DNA of 64,000 bases from the NCBI RefSeq assembly GCF_009914755.1, contig NC_060927.1; one strand, written 5' to 3'. Origin of the DNA: the human T2T-CHM13v2.0 reference genome, Homo sapiens. Position 1 is the first letter of the stretch, and every line of letters starts with the position of its first letter. The notes under the pieces were generated by a model. The model saw only the letters and a list, made by a program, of their open reading frames with translations, searched no databases and was not told the DNA's origin. Positions 28,125-39,983 of this stretch are shown piece by piece. The position numbers and the translations under genes were made by a program.

Positions 28125-28350
28125 TTAGATAACTTTTTGAGCATTTACCATTTAACAAGCACCAAATTATTTCCACATGTTAATTAATTTAATTCTCATA
28201 ATGACCCTATGAGGCTCTTTTATTATTTCCTTATTATAGCTGAGGAAGATGAGGCAGATAGAGTTAAGTAACAGGTCCAACGCCTTACCTAGAAGTAGCA
28301 GAAGGGGACCTCAAACCCAAGAACCCAAGCGCTTTATGAGTATTACGTTA
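28125..28350 (-). mobile_element. MIR
   Basis: TTTAATTCTCATAATGACCCTATGAGG...TGAGGAAGATGAGGCAGATAGAGTTAAGTAAC. Confidence 0.75.
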
Positions 28351-28571
28351 AATTACCTCTCATCTGTATATGAAGATACTAGTGATTTTTCCATTATTTG
28401 TTTAGAAGGCTCAACAGGAGTTTGCAAACACTGAGCCAGTTTAACTATTCTGCAAGAATAACGGAAGGGTAAATGGATTTCCCTGGGAAATACTCTCTGG
28501 AGAAGAAAACAGTGGTAGGAGAGACAGAAAACAAATGAGCTGTTTTCCTTCCCCAACCCCGCTCTCCATAG

Positions 28572-28576
<5 letters not shown>

Positions 28577-28647
<71 letters not shown>

Positions 28648-28650
28648 TTT
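28577..28650. repeat. (TA)31 microsatellite followed by a T12 run
   Basis: Read directly. Confidence 0.95.
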
Positions 28651-28715
28651 GGTTGACAGGTGTTGAGTGCTTTCATATGTTTTCTGACTTTATGGGTCAG
28701 CAATCTTCCATCTTC

Positions 28716-29014
28716 TTTTTTTTTTTTTTTTTTGAGACGGAGTCTTGCTCTGTTGCCCAGGATGGAGTGCAGCGGGGTGATCTCAGCTCACTGCAAGCTC
28801 CGCCTCCCGGGTTCACGCCATTCTCCTGCCTCAGCCTCCTGAGTAGCTGGGACTACAGGCGCCCACCACCACGCCTGGCTAATTTTTTGCGTTTTTAGTA
28901 GAGACGGGGTTTCACCGTGTTAGCCAGGATGGTCTCGATCTCCTGACCTTGTGATCCACCCACCTCGGCCTCCCAAAATGCTGGGATTGCCGGCATGAGC
29001 CACCGCGCCTGGCC
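28716..29014 (-). mobile_element. AluY, full length
   Basis: GCAAGCTCCGCCTCCCGGGTTCACGCCATTCTCC; 12-bp TSD TCTTCCATCTTC at 28704-28715 and 29015-29026. Confidence 0.97.
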
Positions 29015-30479
29015 TCTTCCATCTTCCAGTTGAACTCTTATATCAGAAAGAAATTACCTCCTCAAACAGATTCAATTAATAGTGAAATAAACACATTTAT
29101 GTTTACAACAATTTTAGAATCAAAACAGACAAAATTGTATACCTAACACTTGGAAGGAGTTAAAAACTCTAATATAGTAGGCATCATGGATATGCTTATT
29201 GTTTTGTAGGAATGTGAATATCAAGAGCAAGCAAGGTCACATACTGCTAGGTTTTCATCTCATCTGTCAAGGTGACATCTGTCAATAGCAGATTGCTATT
29301 GAGTAGTAAGTGCCTTGAATTCTCATCATCTGATTAGGAATACGCCCATAACTGTTTCTTAGTGTTCAGCTCTGAGTGAAGGTTCATTTTTTTAAGGAAA
29401 GAGACATTTAGTATAACTTTAATTCTTCTCTTGCAAATGTCTAAGATTCCTTCAACGTCAAAGAGAAAAGTGTAAAAATTAAGTAGAAACCAGGGCATAG
29501 ATTAGAAGGTGGGTATGGGTCAGCGGCTTAATGCAGCTTTCAAAGAGACTTTGTTTGTATAAGAATGAGTTTTCTTGTGAGGAGCGTTTGTGAATTGGCC
29601 ATGATCTGGAAAGACTTTAAAATCTGATGTGTTAGGACATTTTTGCAAACAGCATTAAGTGTGCCTCAGGGAAGAAATAATGGAGCGAACCAGGGTTGTG
29701 AAGGTACGAGTAATTCTGGGAAGCAGCTATTGCATAAAACCCTTTTAGTATATTCATGAATCTTGGCAGGTTGAGTGGGAAGATAATGTTATAGGTCATT
29801 ACCATCTCAATTGGACCACCAGAAACAGCATTCATACTCACCCATCCAGCCACTTCTTCACAGGAGCACTGAAAAACCACCTGCCCAATAGGGTTACATT
29901 TGGAGCTATAATTGCATGTGTGTGTTTGTGTTATGGGGAAGGAATTGGGTGGTAGGGAATTAGCTAGAGAAAGAGAAGAGGGCTCTGTCTGGCAAACTGC
30001 AGAAAAAAAGTTTAGGTGTCACCCGTCTTGGAAGGCTCTGGGAGTGAGCTATGGACACTGAATTAGGCATTTGACATGTGAGATTGTGATTCCTGGACTT
30101 CAGTCAGTTTTCCTGTTGTACATAGAACCCAACCAAAGAACATGTACCCTACAAAGATGATTTGAATAAACTCAGTACCCAATCAAAAAGTGTCTTTGAT
30201 AGTGAGGTGTTGGCATTTAAATATGTTTCTTTGAAGTTTAATCAAATTGGCCATCTCCAACAGATGAACATATGGCATTCTAAAATATTTTTATCTGAAA
30301 TCATTATTTTTAAAATTTGGAGCATATATATATACATATATAATGTCCAGAAACACAATCTATATTGGTCAAGTCTCAAAGCTAACCAACAAATGCATCT
30401 CTGCTAGAATGTTCTTGAACTATGTTTTGACAGCTGTGTGAAGGAAAACCACTTGAACAGTAAACAATTATCAAAACAG

Positions 30480-30710
30480 CTGGCATTTACTGGCTTATGA
30501 TGTCTGAGGCATTGATCTAAGGACTTTCCATGCAGTGATTTAGTTAATTCTCACAACATCTCTATGAGATAGATAAGATTGCCCATAAATGTACAGATGA
30601 GGAAACCAAGGCATTTAGTGTTTAGGTGATTGTCCAGTCTCTAAATTGGGAAGAGGCAGAGCTGGGTTTAAAACTTAAGCAGTCCAGCTGTAAAGGTGTC
30701 CCCTTACTGC
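30480..30710 (-). mobile_element. MIR
   Basis: TTAATTCTCACAACATCTCTATGAGATAG...ACAGATGAGGAAACCAAGGCA. Confidence 0.75.
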
Positions 30711-30734
30711 CCTCCAGCTGATCAGTATTTCATT

Positions 30735-31080
30735 TCAACATTTATCCAGACCCAATTTATATTGGGCACTATGCTAGGTGCTGGAGATACAAAAGAATCC
30801 CATTTCAGCCCATGGGAAGCTGCTGAGGGAGAGAGATGTGAACAGATAACTATAGCAGTGTGCTGAACCGAAGTACACAGATCATTGAGAAGAACATTGA
30901 AATAAGTGATGAATTCCTGGTGGAGAAGCAGGAAATAGAAGATTTCCTGGATGCAGTTATATCTGAGATGACTTTTGATGCATTAGTAGCAGTTTTGACA
31001 AATGATGGGAAGAAATATTCCAAGTGAGAGAAATAGCACACATGTATGCTAGGGGCCTGACACAGCTCTGTCCTATGTAT
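30735..31080 (-). mobile_element. L2 fragment
   Basis: GGCACTATGCTAGGTGCTGGAGATACAAA...GATTTCCTGGATGCAG. Confidence 0.6.
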
Positions 31081-33249
31081 ATGGGTGAACTCTCTTCCAA
31101 CATTTTTTTGCTCACTCAGATCTTGTAAAAAAAAAAAAAGTTGAATTCACTCTGTTGGTTCTATGTTGAATCAAAATATAGATTAACTTTTGACAAAACA
31201 TAGGTCAATGCTTCAAAGTGGGAATGAGACTGTTGTCATGGGAGTTGAGATACCATAAAGAGCTGGAAAGACCCTAAGCATTTATGTTCCATTTTGCCCA
31301 TCAAAGGCTCCCTTCTGGATCAGATCGAGTTAGAAAAATCTAGATGGAAGTGGGAGAAAATGGGCTGAAGTATCAGATGATAGGATGAGAAATGTGAAAG
31401 AGGGAAAACTGTTTCTTAAGATCAGTTTGTATGATAAGGATGCAAGTCAATCAACATCATTTTGAACTTCTGAGAGACAGAAGAGGACTCTTGCAGTTTG
31501 TAATGAGAGGCTTTTTCACATTTTGGGACATTATCATGTGTCAAGCACTGTGTCTGGTGCTTTACAAGCTTTGATTTAACTTATTGATTCAATAGCCTGA
31601 TTGCAATAGTTACTTTTATTAGCAATATCTTGCAGATGAAGTTTACACAGCTAGTAAGTAGCAGAGCTAAGATTCTAACTCAGATCTGATGCACTCAATT
31701 TAGGGTTGCTTAAGATGAGCTTGCAGGTCTACTAACATAGTCTTCTTAGGATTTCTTCCAGGTGACTTCTTTCTTCGAATCTTTAGATGTTAATGAAATG
31801 TAGACTTATGGGTACTTATGGGTACCCTGAAGGGAACACTTAGTTAATAAAGAGCTCGTCTGAACACAGACTTTTTAATATTTGCATGACCATATGAAGA
31901 GTGGTATTAAAATAGTTCTTTGTGTTGAATACATTTAAAGCTATTACCAAGTTTTGATTTGGACCATTATATCAAAGGATATTTTTCTTAACTTCAAAAA
32001 CTGATTATATGTTCTTGAAATAGAGAATAGAATATATATGTCCTAGTTTAGAATTCTGGGCAACTTTGTAATTGAAGTTACAGAATTACATTTTGAACAG
32101 AGGAAGCCCAATTCATGTAATCTGCTTATTGCAGCTTTCCAAGATAAGATTTGTCAGAAGGCTAAAAAGACTTCTTGATCACTGGTAAGTTTCTCTAAAT
32201 GGGCATTTTGATTAATTATGATCATTTCGCTGATTAAATATCAGTGACTAATCCTCTAATAGAGTGGGAAATAACCACCACTATAGTTGGTTGAAAATAA
32301 AGGGATAAGAATGCAGAGATTGGTTTGAATCATGTAAAGTTATGATTATGGTATCAGATTGTACCAGCTATTGTAACTTTGAGGTTTCTTAAAGCCTTGA
32401 AGCTTATTTAATCTGAGGAGATATAATAAAAGTCTGTAACAGCTATTTTGAAAGACTATATGGGTTTTTTTGTAATTGTACCAACTATGAGTAACATAGA
32501 AATAGTCATTTATTCAATACCTGCTCTGTGCAAGACCCCTTGTTTGAGTGAAGAAAAGTGTCAGATGACTAGAACTGCTCTATTTAGTTTGCACGGAGTG
32601 TGACTTTTGAACAGGTAAAAATTTTTCTTTTACAAAATGACTCCGAACTGCAAATAAATAAACCCAATTTTTGGATCCCCATGGAATGTCTAGGCTGGAA
32701 AAGAGGACTGATCCTTCCCCTCCCCAACTTTTGCTTTAAGACCTCTAATCTAAAGCACTATTTCAGAGTGGCAACCTAGGCTTTTCTTGAATACATCCCA
32801 TAATGAGTAACTTATTATATCCTAAAGCGGTTCAAGGCACTTTTAAATAGTTTGGAACATTAAAAACTTCCTTCCTATAACTGCTACTCATTGGTCCTAA
32901 TTGTATTGCCCTAGGCTTTAATGTTTTTAATATAGCTTTAGATGAATAAAATATAAATCTTTATAATAACCAAAAAAGGAATGCTCAAGGAATTGTAATA
33001 GGATTTAAGAGAACAAAATTATGTTTCATATTTACCTAGAAACAATGTTTTAATAAAATGCTTAAAAAATAAGGTGACTTTTGGAATTAAAAACCAAATT
33101 TGACCTTTTAATGTAGTTTCTGAGGTTCATTGGAAAACATGTACCTGTCTCTTTGGTGTTAATTATTAGACTCAACTAGGTAAAGGAAGATAGTGATTAA
33201 TTCACATATGTGGATTCTCATTGCATTGTTTGGATTTCCATTTATTTCT

Positions 33250-33445
33250 ACTAACTAGCACTGTGACTCTGTCAAGTTACTTCCCTCTCCTGGGCCTCTG
33301 ATTCCCTAACCAGTAATAAAGTATCTGCCTCATAGAATTGTGTGATTGTAATAAGATAATGTTTATGAAGTTCTTAGTCCTGGATCTGGTCCATAAAATA
33401 CCTTCAATAAAATCTCCATTCAACAAATATTTATTGATAGCACAT
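33250..33445 (+). mobile_element. MIR (with adjoining L2 tail)
   Basis: CTGTGACTCTGTCAAGTTACTTCCCTCTCCTGGGCCTC...CTGCCTCATAGAATTGTG. Confidence 0.65.
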
Positions 33446-34766
33446 GTATCATCTGTCTTACATAAGAAGTGGTTCTAGAGATCATACTGCATGATTAAAC
33501 GTTTTGAGAAAATAAAAGAGTTGCATTTTTTCAGATATTTTTCTGGCAACACCCAAAGGAAATTGTTTCTTTATGTTTCGAGAGAGTGATCATTAGTTTA
33601 AAAAAAGACTTAATTGCAAAACACTGTTATGGAGAGATAATTTGTTAATGTCATGGTCAAGATATGGAAAAGATTCCTGATATTTTCCAGAATATACTCT
33701 CCATTAGAGATTATGTTTTGCTTTACTTATTTAATATCCTTGAAAGGTGCCAGATCAAGAAGTCCTTCATTAAACTCATTAAAGTTTTTCCTTTGACCCA
33801 TTTTACAACAGGCTTCTGCAAAATAATGTTCATCCATCGTTTTCTTGCCTGTACTGAAACTTAACTCTTTATAATATTTATGTTTGTCATCCCTCTGTAG
33901 ATCCCTTTTGATACCTAATTATTATCTAAGCATCTCCCTCATTAGAATAAAAAAAGTAAACTAGCAATCTTGAAGTTAGAAACCAAGTTTTAGAGCTTTC
34001 CACATTAAACCTATGTTACCTTACTAGTTACTACCATCAACTAGACGGTAAAGTGCAGGATCTGCGAGTGCCTTCCTTCCTTTGTATTTCCATGTGGATG
34101 TCCTGAGTGTTTGTACAGAGCCTTTCATGCATTGTGCCTCTGCAATTTTCTGCTCCTATAAATAGCATTTTTCAGCTCTTGGTATGTATGCCAAGTCATT
34201 CCTTGTATTTGGTACAGCATTTTCCATACCATGGGTGAGTACAGAATCTTTCACTTCTTAAGCATCTCGGAAAAGATCTGTTTCTCCTAGTAACTTGGCC
34301 ACCACCAATAAGGAATTTTCTGTGGTACATGATAAGCACCCCTAGGTTCCCCATTATGCCCACGTATTGATTGGGCCTTGTCTCCAAACTTTAAGGAGCT
34401 ATGATAGAGCAGAGTTACTCCAACACCTCCTGACGATTTGATCTAAGCCACCAAGGAAATTCTTTACGGAGAGTGGCAGCACATTCCTCATCCATCATAC
34501 ATTTATATCTTGCCTCTCTATTTAACACATTGCAGAAAAAATGCAAATGCATTCAACTCACAACGGAAATACATCTTATTTTTGAGCTGCCTACATGGAT
34601 AATATTCATCATTTCTAAACAAGATGTGAGGAATATAACATACATATAATTTTTTCTTTATCCAGAATTAAGTCTATTTTTCACTTGTGAGAGAAATAAA
34701 ACAAGCTTTGAAAAAAATGTTTGGCTAAATGATAGTACATACAGTAGATCAATACAGCAAAGGTAC

Positions 34767-35137
34767 TGTCTTAGTTTGTGCCTGCTGCTATAAGAAAATA
34801 CCTTAGACTGGGTAATTTACAAACAACAGGCATTTATTTCTCACAGTTCTGGAGGCTGGGAGGTCCAGGATCAAGGTCCTTGCAGACACTGCATCTGGTG
34901 GGAGTTGCTATCTGCTTCCAAGATGGTGCCTTCTTGCTGCATCCTCATGTGGTAGAAGGGGTGAGGGGACTAACTGGCTCCCTCCTCAAGTCCTTTTATA
35001 AGGTCACTAATACCATTTATAAAGCAGAGACCTCATGACGTGATCATCTCCCAAAAACCCCATCTATTAATACTATTGCATTGAGGGTTAAGTTTCAACA
35101 TGAATATTAGAGAGAAACATACATTCAAACCATAGTA
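34767..35137 (-). mobile_element. MSTC/MSTD-like MaLR solo LTR
   Basis: TGTCTTAGTTTG...CTCACAGTTCTGGAGGCTGGGAGGTCC...CTTCCAAGATGGTGCCTTC...CATTCAAACCATAG. Confidence 0.85.
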
Positions 35138-35271
35138 GGCAGTAACATTTGCCTGGTGCCTAAGGTGTGCCAAACAATATTCTAAATCTTTTCAGTGCTT
35201 TGTCTTACTTTATGTTTACCACAAACCCGAAAAAGATGTTACTATTTTCTCCTATTTTTTAGAAAAGGGAA

Positions 35272-35792
35272 GTAGTAGATTGGTTATGGTCCTAATTTTA
35301 CATGGCTTCCTATATCCATGCCTTATGCAATGTGACTTGACAGCTCCTTCCATCAAAAGCTGAAGTTTTTCCCTAGTGTGTGAATGTGGGCTGGCCTTGG
35401 GACTTACCAGGCCAATAGAATGTGGCGGAAGTAGACAATAGGCCAGTTTCCAATCTAGCTCTCAAGTGATCTTGCCCTCTTTTATTTTCTGTCTTTGAAT
35501 CCTGCCCATAGCAACAAGCTTAGGCTAGCAGGTAGATAATAAGTGATCCAGGGCCAGGTTAGTACCCTCACCACAACCAAGAGCCATCCAATCACAAGAT
35601 ATGTGAATGATATCTTTTCCAGAGCACTCAGCTCTCAGTTTCTGTGCCCACTGACCACAGACATATGCTTTAGCCCTAAAAGATCAACCAAACCTGGTTC
35701 AGATCAGCAAAACCACCCATGGATTCCTGAGCAACAATAAATGTATACTGAGTTTGGGAACATTTGTTATGCAGCAATAGCTCTCAGATATA
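35272..35792 (+). mobile_element. MLT1H-like MaLR solo LTR
   Basis: GCAATGTGACTTGACAGCTCCTTCCATCAA, GGCCAATAGAATGTGGCGGAAGT, TTTGTTATGCAGCAATAGCT. Confidence 0.75.
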
Positions 35793-36301
35793 GAAGAAAT
35801 TCTTCGTTTTATTTACTCGTTCTTTCTCAGCCATCGTGCATACTGATGTGGTTATTGAAAAAAGGAAATAAATTATTAATACTAAATACTTCTGTATATA
35901 CAGCCCGGTCATCAGTGCTTGTGTATATGTAAACCCATTTTGTCCTCAGTGAATTTCAGGGGGAATTTCTTATCTTCATTCACAGGTAAAAAAACTGAAA
36001 CTCAGAAGAGGTGCCTGCCAGCAAGTCACTCTGTCATTGTGGCAGTGCCAGAATTTGAGCACAAGTCAAAAGTCTATATTCTTTACCTTTTTCCATTTCT
36101 GTTACCTCTATCCTTTCTGATGTTGAATTTCAGCAGTTGCCTTGAGAAGCCCCTTAACTTTAAGCAGTCCTTCTATTAGGTGTTCTTGGAAATCCTGTAG
36201 AATAGCTAGTGAATAATCATTATTTTTTATATCCCTTGCACTTGGGCCCATCCCAGATGGTAGAAATAACACCAAACCCCATGTCTTCCCTTTAAAATCT
36301 G

Positions 36302-36928
36302 GGTATCCAGAATTGGTTCCTTCTGGTGGGTTCTTGGGCTCGCTGACTTCAAGCATGAAGCCGTGGACGCTCGTGGTGAGTGTTACAGTTCTTAAAGATG
36401 GTGTGTCTGAAGTTTGTTCCTTCTGATATTCAGATGTGTCCGGAGTTTCTTCCTTCTGGTGGGTTCGTGGTCTCGCTGGCTTCAGGAGTGAAGCCGCAGA
36501 CCTTTGCAGTGAGTGTTACAGCTCATAAAGGTAGTGTGGACCCAAAGAGTGAGCAGCAGCAAGATTTATTGTGAAGAGCGAAAGAACAAAGCTTCCACAG
36601 CGTGGAAGTGGACCCGAGTGGGTTGCCACTGCTGGCTCCAGTGGCCAGCTTTTATTCCCTTATTTGGCCCTACACACATCCTGCTGATTGGTCCATTTTA
36701 CAGCGTAACGATTGGTCCATTTTTGCAGAGTGCTGATTGGTGCGTTTACAAACCTTTAGCTAGACACAGAGTGCTGATTGGTGCGTTTTTACAGAGTACT
36801 GATTGGTGCGTTTACAGACCTTTAGCTAGACACAGAGTGCTGATTGGTGTGTTTACAATCCTTTAGCTAGACAGAAAAGTTCTCCAAGTCTCCACCTGAC
36901 CCAGAAGCCCAGCTGGCTTCACCTCTCA
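36302..36928 (-). mobile_element. LTR12 (ERV9) solo LTR, short form
   Basis: GGTGGGTTCGTGGTCTCGCTGGCTTCAGGAGTGAAGCCGCAGACC; tandem GCTGATTGGTGCGTTTACA units; ends GCTGGCTTCACCTCTCA. Confidence 0.95.
36645..36850 (-). promoter_or_regulatory. LTR12 U3 promoter: six CCAAT (NF-Y) boxes and a TATA-like AATAAAAG
   Basis: ATTGG on plus at 36687, 36711, 36736, 36777, 36802 and 36843; CTTTTATT at about 36649-36656. Activity not shown. Confidence 0.6.
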
Positions 36929-37049
36929 AAAGCTCATAGCATTAAGGAATATATTGCATGCACCATAGTATTGAATCAAAATTATATCAGCAACAGTACT
37001 CTTCAAGTTATGTGACTACCATTCTAAATAGCACTTCTCATTACAGCTC

Positions 37050-37495
37050 AGATCTTATCCAATCTCTTCGGTTGTCCTCTCCAGCATCAACTCCAACTCT
37101 TCCTCCCCTGTCCAACAAGCCCAGGCCACACTAATTCATTATTTTCCTCAGTTATTTCTATTCTAGGTTCATCACATTTGCTTCTGCTCTGCATGCCATT
37201 TTCTTCTGCCAGATCCTTACAGGGCTAATGCTTCCAGTTACTCAGGACAAGTCCGAATCTACCTTTTCAGAGAAGGCTTCTCTGTTCGAAATTGAGCCTA
37301 GAAAGCTATTTTTTCACCACTCCCCACTGTTTTATTTTCTTCATATTAGTTCTCATGTTGTCTAATAAACTTTGTTTTTTTTTGTCTTCTGCCACTAACA
37401 TGTACACTCCTTTAGGATGAGGACCTTTTCTCCTTTCAAGGCTGTGTCCTCAGGCTTAGCATACAGAAGAAACTCAATAAATATTTGTTAAAGGA
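37050..37495 (+). mobile_element. L2 fragment
   Basis: CCTTTTCAGAGAAGGCTTCTCTG...AACTCAATAAATATTTGTTAAAGGAAT. Confidence 0.65.
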
Positions 37496-37594
37496 ATTGC
37501 CTAAAGCCATTTAACATATTCAAAAGTCAGGTGGGACTGTGGCCAGCTTGCTCACACTCCCCTTCTCCCTGACCCTTCACAACACACATCTAGC

Positions 37595-37888
37595 CCTTTC
37601 TATTCTTTTCTTTTTTTTCTTTTCTTTTCTTTTCCTTTCCTTTCCTTCTTTTCTTTTCTTTCCTCTCTTCTCCTCTCCTCTCCTCTCCTTTTCCCTCCTC
37701 TCCTCTCCCCTCCCCTCCCCTCTTCCTTTCACTTGTTTTCTCTTCTCTTCCCTTCTTTTCTCCTTTCCTTTCCTTTCTTTTTTCTTCTCTTTTCCTTTTC
37801 CTTTACTTTTTGTTTTTCTCTTTTCCTTTTCCTTTTTCTTTTATTATTCTTTTCCCTTTCTTTTCTTTTTTCTTTTTTTTTTTTTTTT
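37595..37888. repeat. About 290-bp polypyrimidine tract of TTTTC/CTCTC/CTCCC units (expanded Alu tail)
   Basis: Read directly; contiguous with the AluJ poly-T. Confidence 0.9.
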
Positions 37889-38177
37889 GACATGGTCTCA
37901 TTCTGTAATGCAGGCTGGAGAACACTGGTGCAATCATGACTCACTGAAGCCTGCAGCCTTGACCTCCCTGGGCTCAAGTGATCTTCCCGCCTCAGCCTCC
38001 TGGATAACTGGGACTACAGGCATGTGTCACCATTTGCAGCTAAATTTTGCATTTTTTGGTAGAGACAGTGTTTTGCCATATTGTCCAGGCTGGTCTCCAA
38101 CTTCTGGGCTCAAGAGATTCACTCATCTTGGCTTCCCAAAGTGCTAGGTTTATATACGTGAGCCACTGAGCCCAGTC
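37880..38177 (-). mobile_element. AluJ
   Basis: GCAGCCTTGACCTCCCTGGGCTCAAGTGATC and CTTCTGGGCTCAAG J diagnostics. Confidence 0.9.
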
Positions 38178-38379
38178 TAACATCCACATTTCTAATGCAG
38201 AGTCCAAATGTGATGTAGTAAAAGCACCGTGGGCTTTGAGGAAAGACGGAGCTGGCCTTATCAGTCACTATCCAGGAAGCTCTGGGATCATAGTTTGCTC
38301 ATCTATGAAATATGGCTAATCCTACCTACTTTATGGACTGACCATGAACATAAAATGGGTATATAGCACCGTACCCAGC

Positions 38380-38552
38380 TGTGAGGCTTAGTTTTGTATG
38401 ACTGGCCATTGTAGTGCCCAGACTGAACATTATTTCACGGTGTGTCTGTGAATGTTTCCGGATGAGATTAGCATTTGGATTGGTGGGCTCAGTAAAGCAG
38501 ATGGCTCTTCCTAACGTGGGTGGGCATCATCCAGTCTATTAAAGGCCTAGAG
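38380..38552 (+). mobile_element. MLT2 (ERVL) LTR 5' fragment
   Basis: GTGTGTCTGTGAATGTTTCCGGATGAGATTAGCATTTGGATTGGTGGGCTCAGTAAAGCAGATGG...GTGGGCATCATCCA. Confidence 0.8.
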
Positions 38553-38994
38553 GGGGACATTTTTGATCTGGGAAAATTTTCTGAAGACTCTCAAACATTC
38601 TGTTTGATTAACCGGTTTTCTGAAAGCAGACGTCTGCAAACAAGAAGCTTTAAGAGTTAAGGCCTTGTGCTCCTTCTTTCAGCATCAGAGTTTTTTCTAT
38701 CAAGGCTTTGATTCTTCACAAGTTAGTTCTGCCCTTCTCCTGAAATCAGAGAATCACACACTGTACCAAGTGGTCTGGCTGTAACTTTTGATCATATTTT
38801 TAATTACTTTTGGCTGCTAGCATTCCTCTGCATTTTAAAAAGCATCCTAAGAGTAAAAGGACTCTATCGTTTTATCAATTAATTCTCCATGCCCTACTAG
38901 AGATAATGTCCAATAAAGGCAGATATCCATTTTCCCCTGTGGAATCCCATCAAATGTGTATGAGTAAGGAGTACCAGTAATCTTTTAGCATGTG

Positions 38995-39027
<33 letters not shown>

Positions 39028-39650
39028 CCAGTGGCTTAATTTCATTCTGGTTTGGCAATCTGATGGAGAAAGCAGCGGCTTCTATAGGAGGTGTGGGGCT
39101 GAAACACACAGTGCAGTGGTGAAGTCTCTTGAAAAATAAGAATATAAAAATATAAAATTAAGTACAGGGCTTGCATGGACTTGTGATAGTGAGGGGCCAA
39201 AGGACATGAACTCATGGCCTGGAATTGTTTTTTTTTTAATCAGAAATCTCCTAATTTTAAAATACACCAAATAAACATGTCTATTGGGCATAATTTTAAC
39301 CAAATGACTTACGGTTTGTGACCTCTAAAATAGTTTTTATTTTTGCAATATGTTTAGAGTAATTTAAAATATGAATGAAGGAATTATACAACTACTAAGA
39401 TATGGTTGAATATTGGCATATATCAAAGATCTAACTTGTTAGAAGAGGCATATGTCTCAGGCTTCAAACCTGAAATATTCATCTCCCATTTTTAATACAG
39501 ATATAGGATTTAAAAGTCTGTTTCTTTTTTCCATTGCTTTTCGGGAAGATTTCAGTCTCTCTACTGACTGTCAATCCCTTCCCTCCCCCTCTTCCACCTG
39601 AAGGTAGCATGGTTTTTAGCATAGTGCCTGGCACATAAGTAAGCCCAAAT

Positions 39651-39983
39651 GTAGACACATGCAGCATAACAATGTTTCAGTCATCTGCTGACCGCGTATA
39701 CAGTGATGGTCCCATAAGATTATAATATTGTATTTTTACTGTACATTTTCTATGTTTAAATACACAAATACCTACCACTGTGTTTTAATTGCCTACAGTA
39801 TTCGGGACAGTAATATGCTGTACAGGTTTGTAGCCTAGGAGCAATAGGCTATACCATGTAGCCTATGTATGTAATAGACGATGCCATCTAGGATTGTGTA
39901 ACTCTACTCTATGATGTTTGACAAAATCCCCTCACGGTACAGCACTCAGAACATACCCCCATTGATAAGGCATGCATTAGCTG
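39651..39983 (+). mobile_element. Tigger3a MITE
   Basis: GGTCCCATAAGATTATAAT...TGCTGTACAGGTTTGTAGCCTAGGAGCAATAGGCTATACC. Confidence 0.9.

Noticed and set aside
36680-36870. Spaced repeats superficially like a CRISPR array
   Set aside because: Normal tandem CCAAT-containing units of the LTR12 U3; eukaryotic context, no cas genes, no unique spacers
37539-38147. 202-aa F/S/L-rich ORF resembling a membrane protein
   Set aside because: Produced by a stop-free pyrimidine tract plus an antisense AluJ
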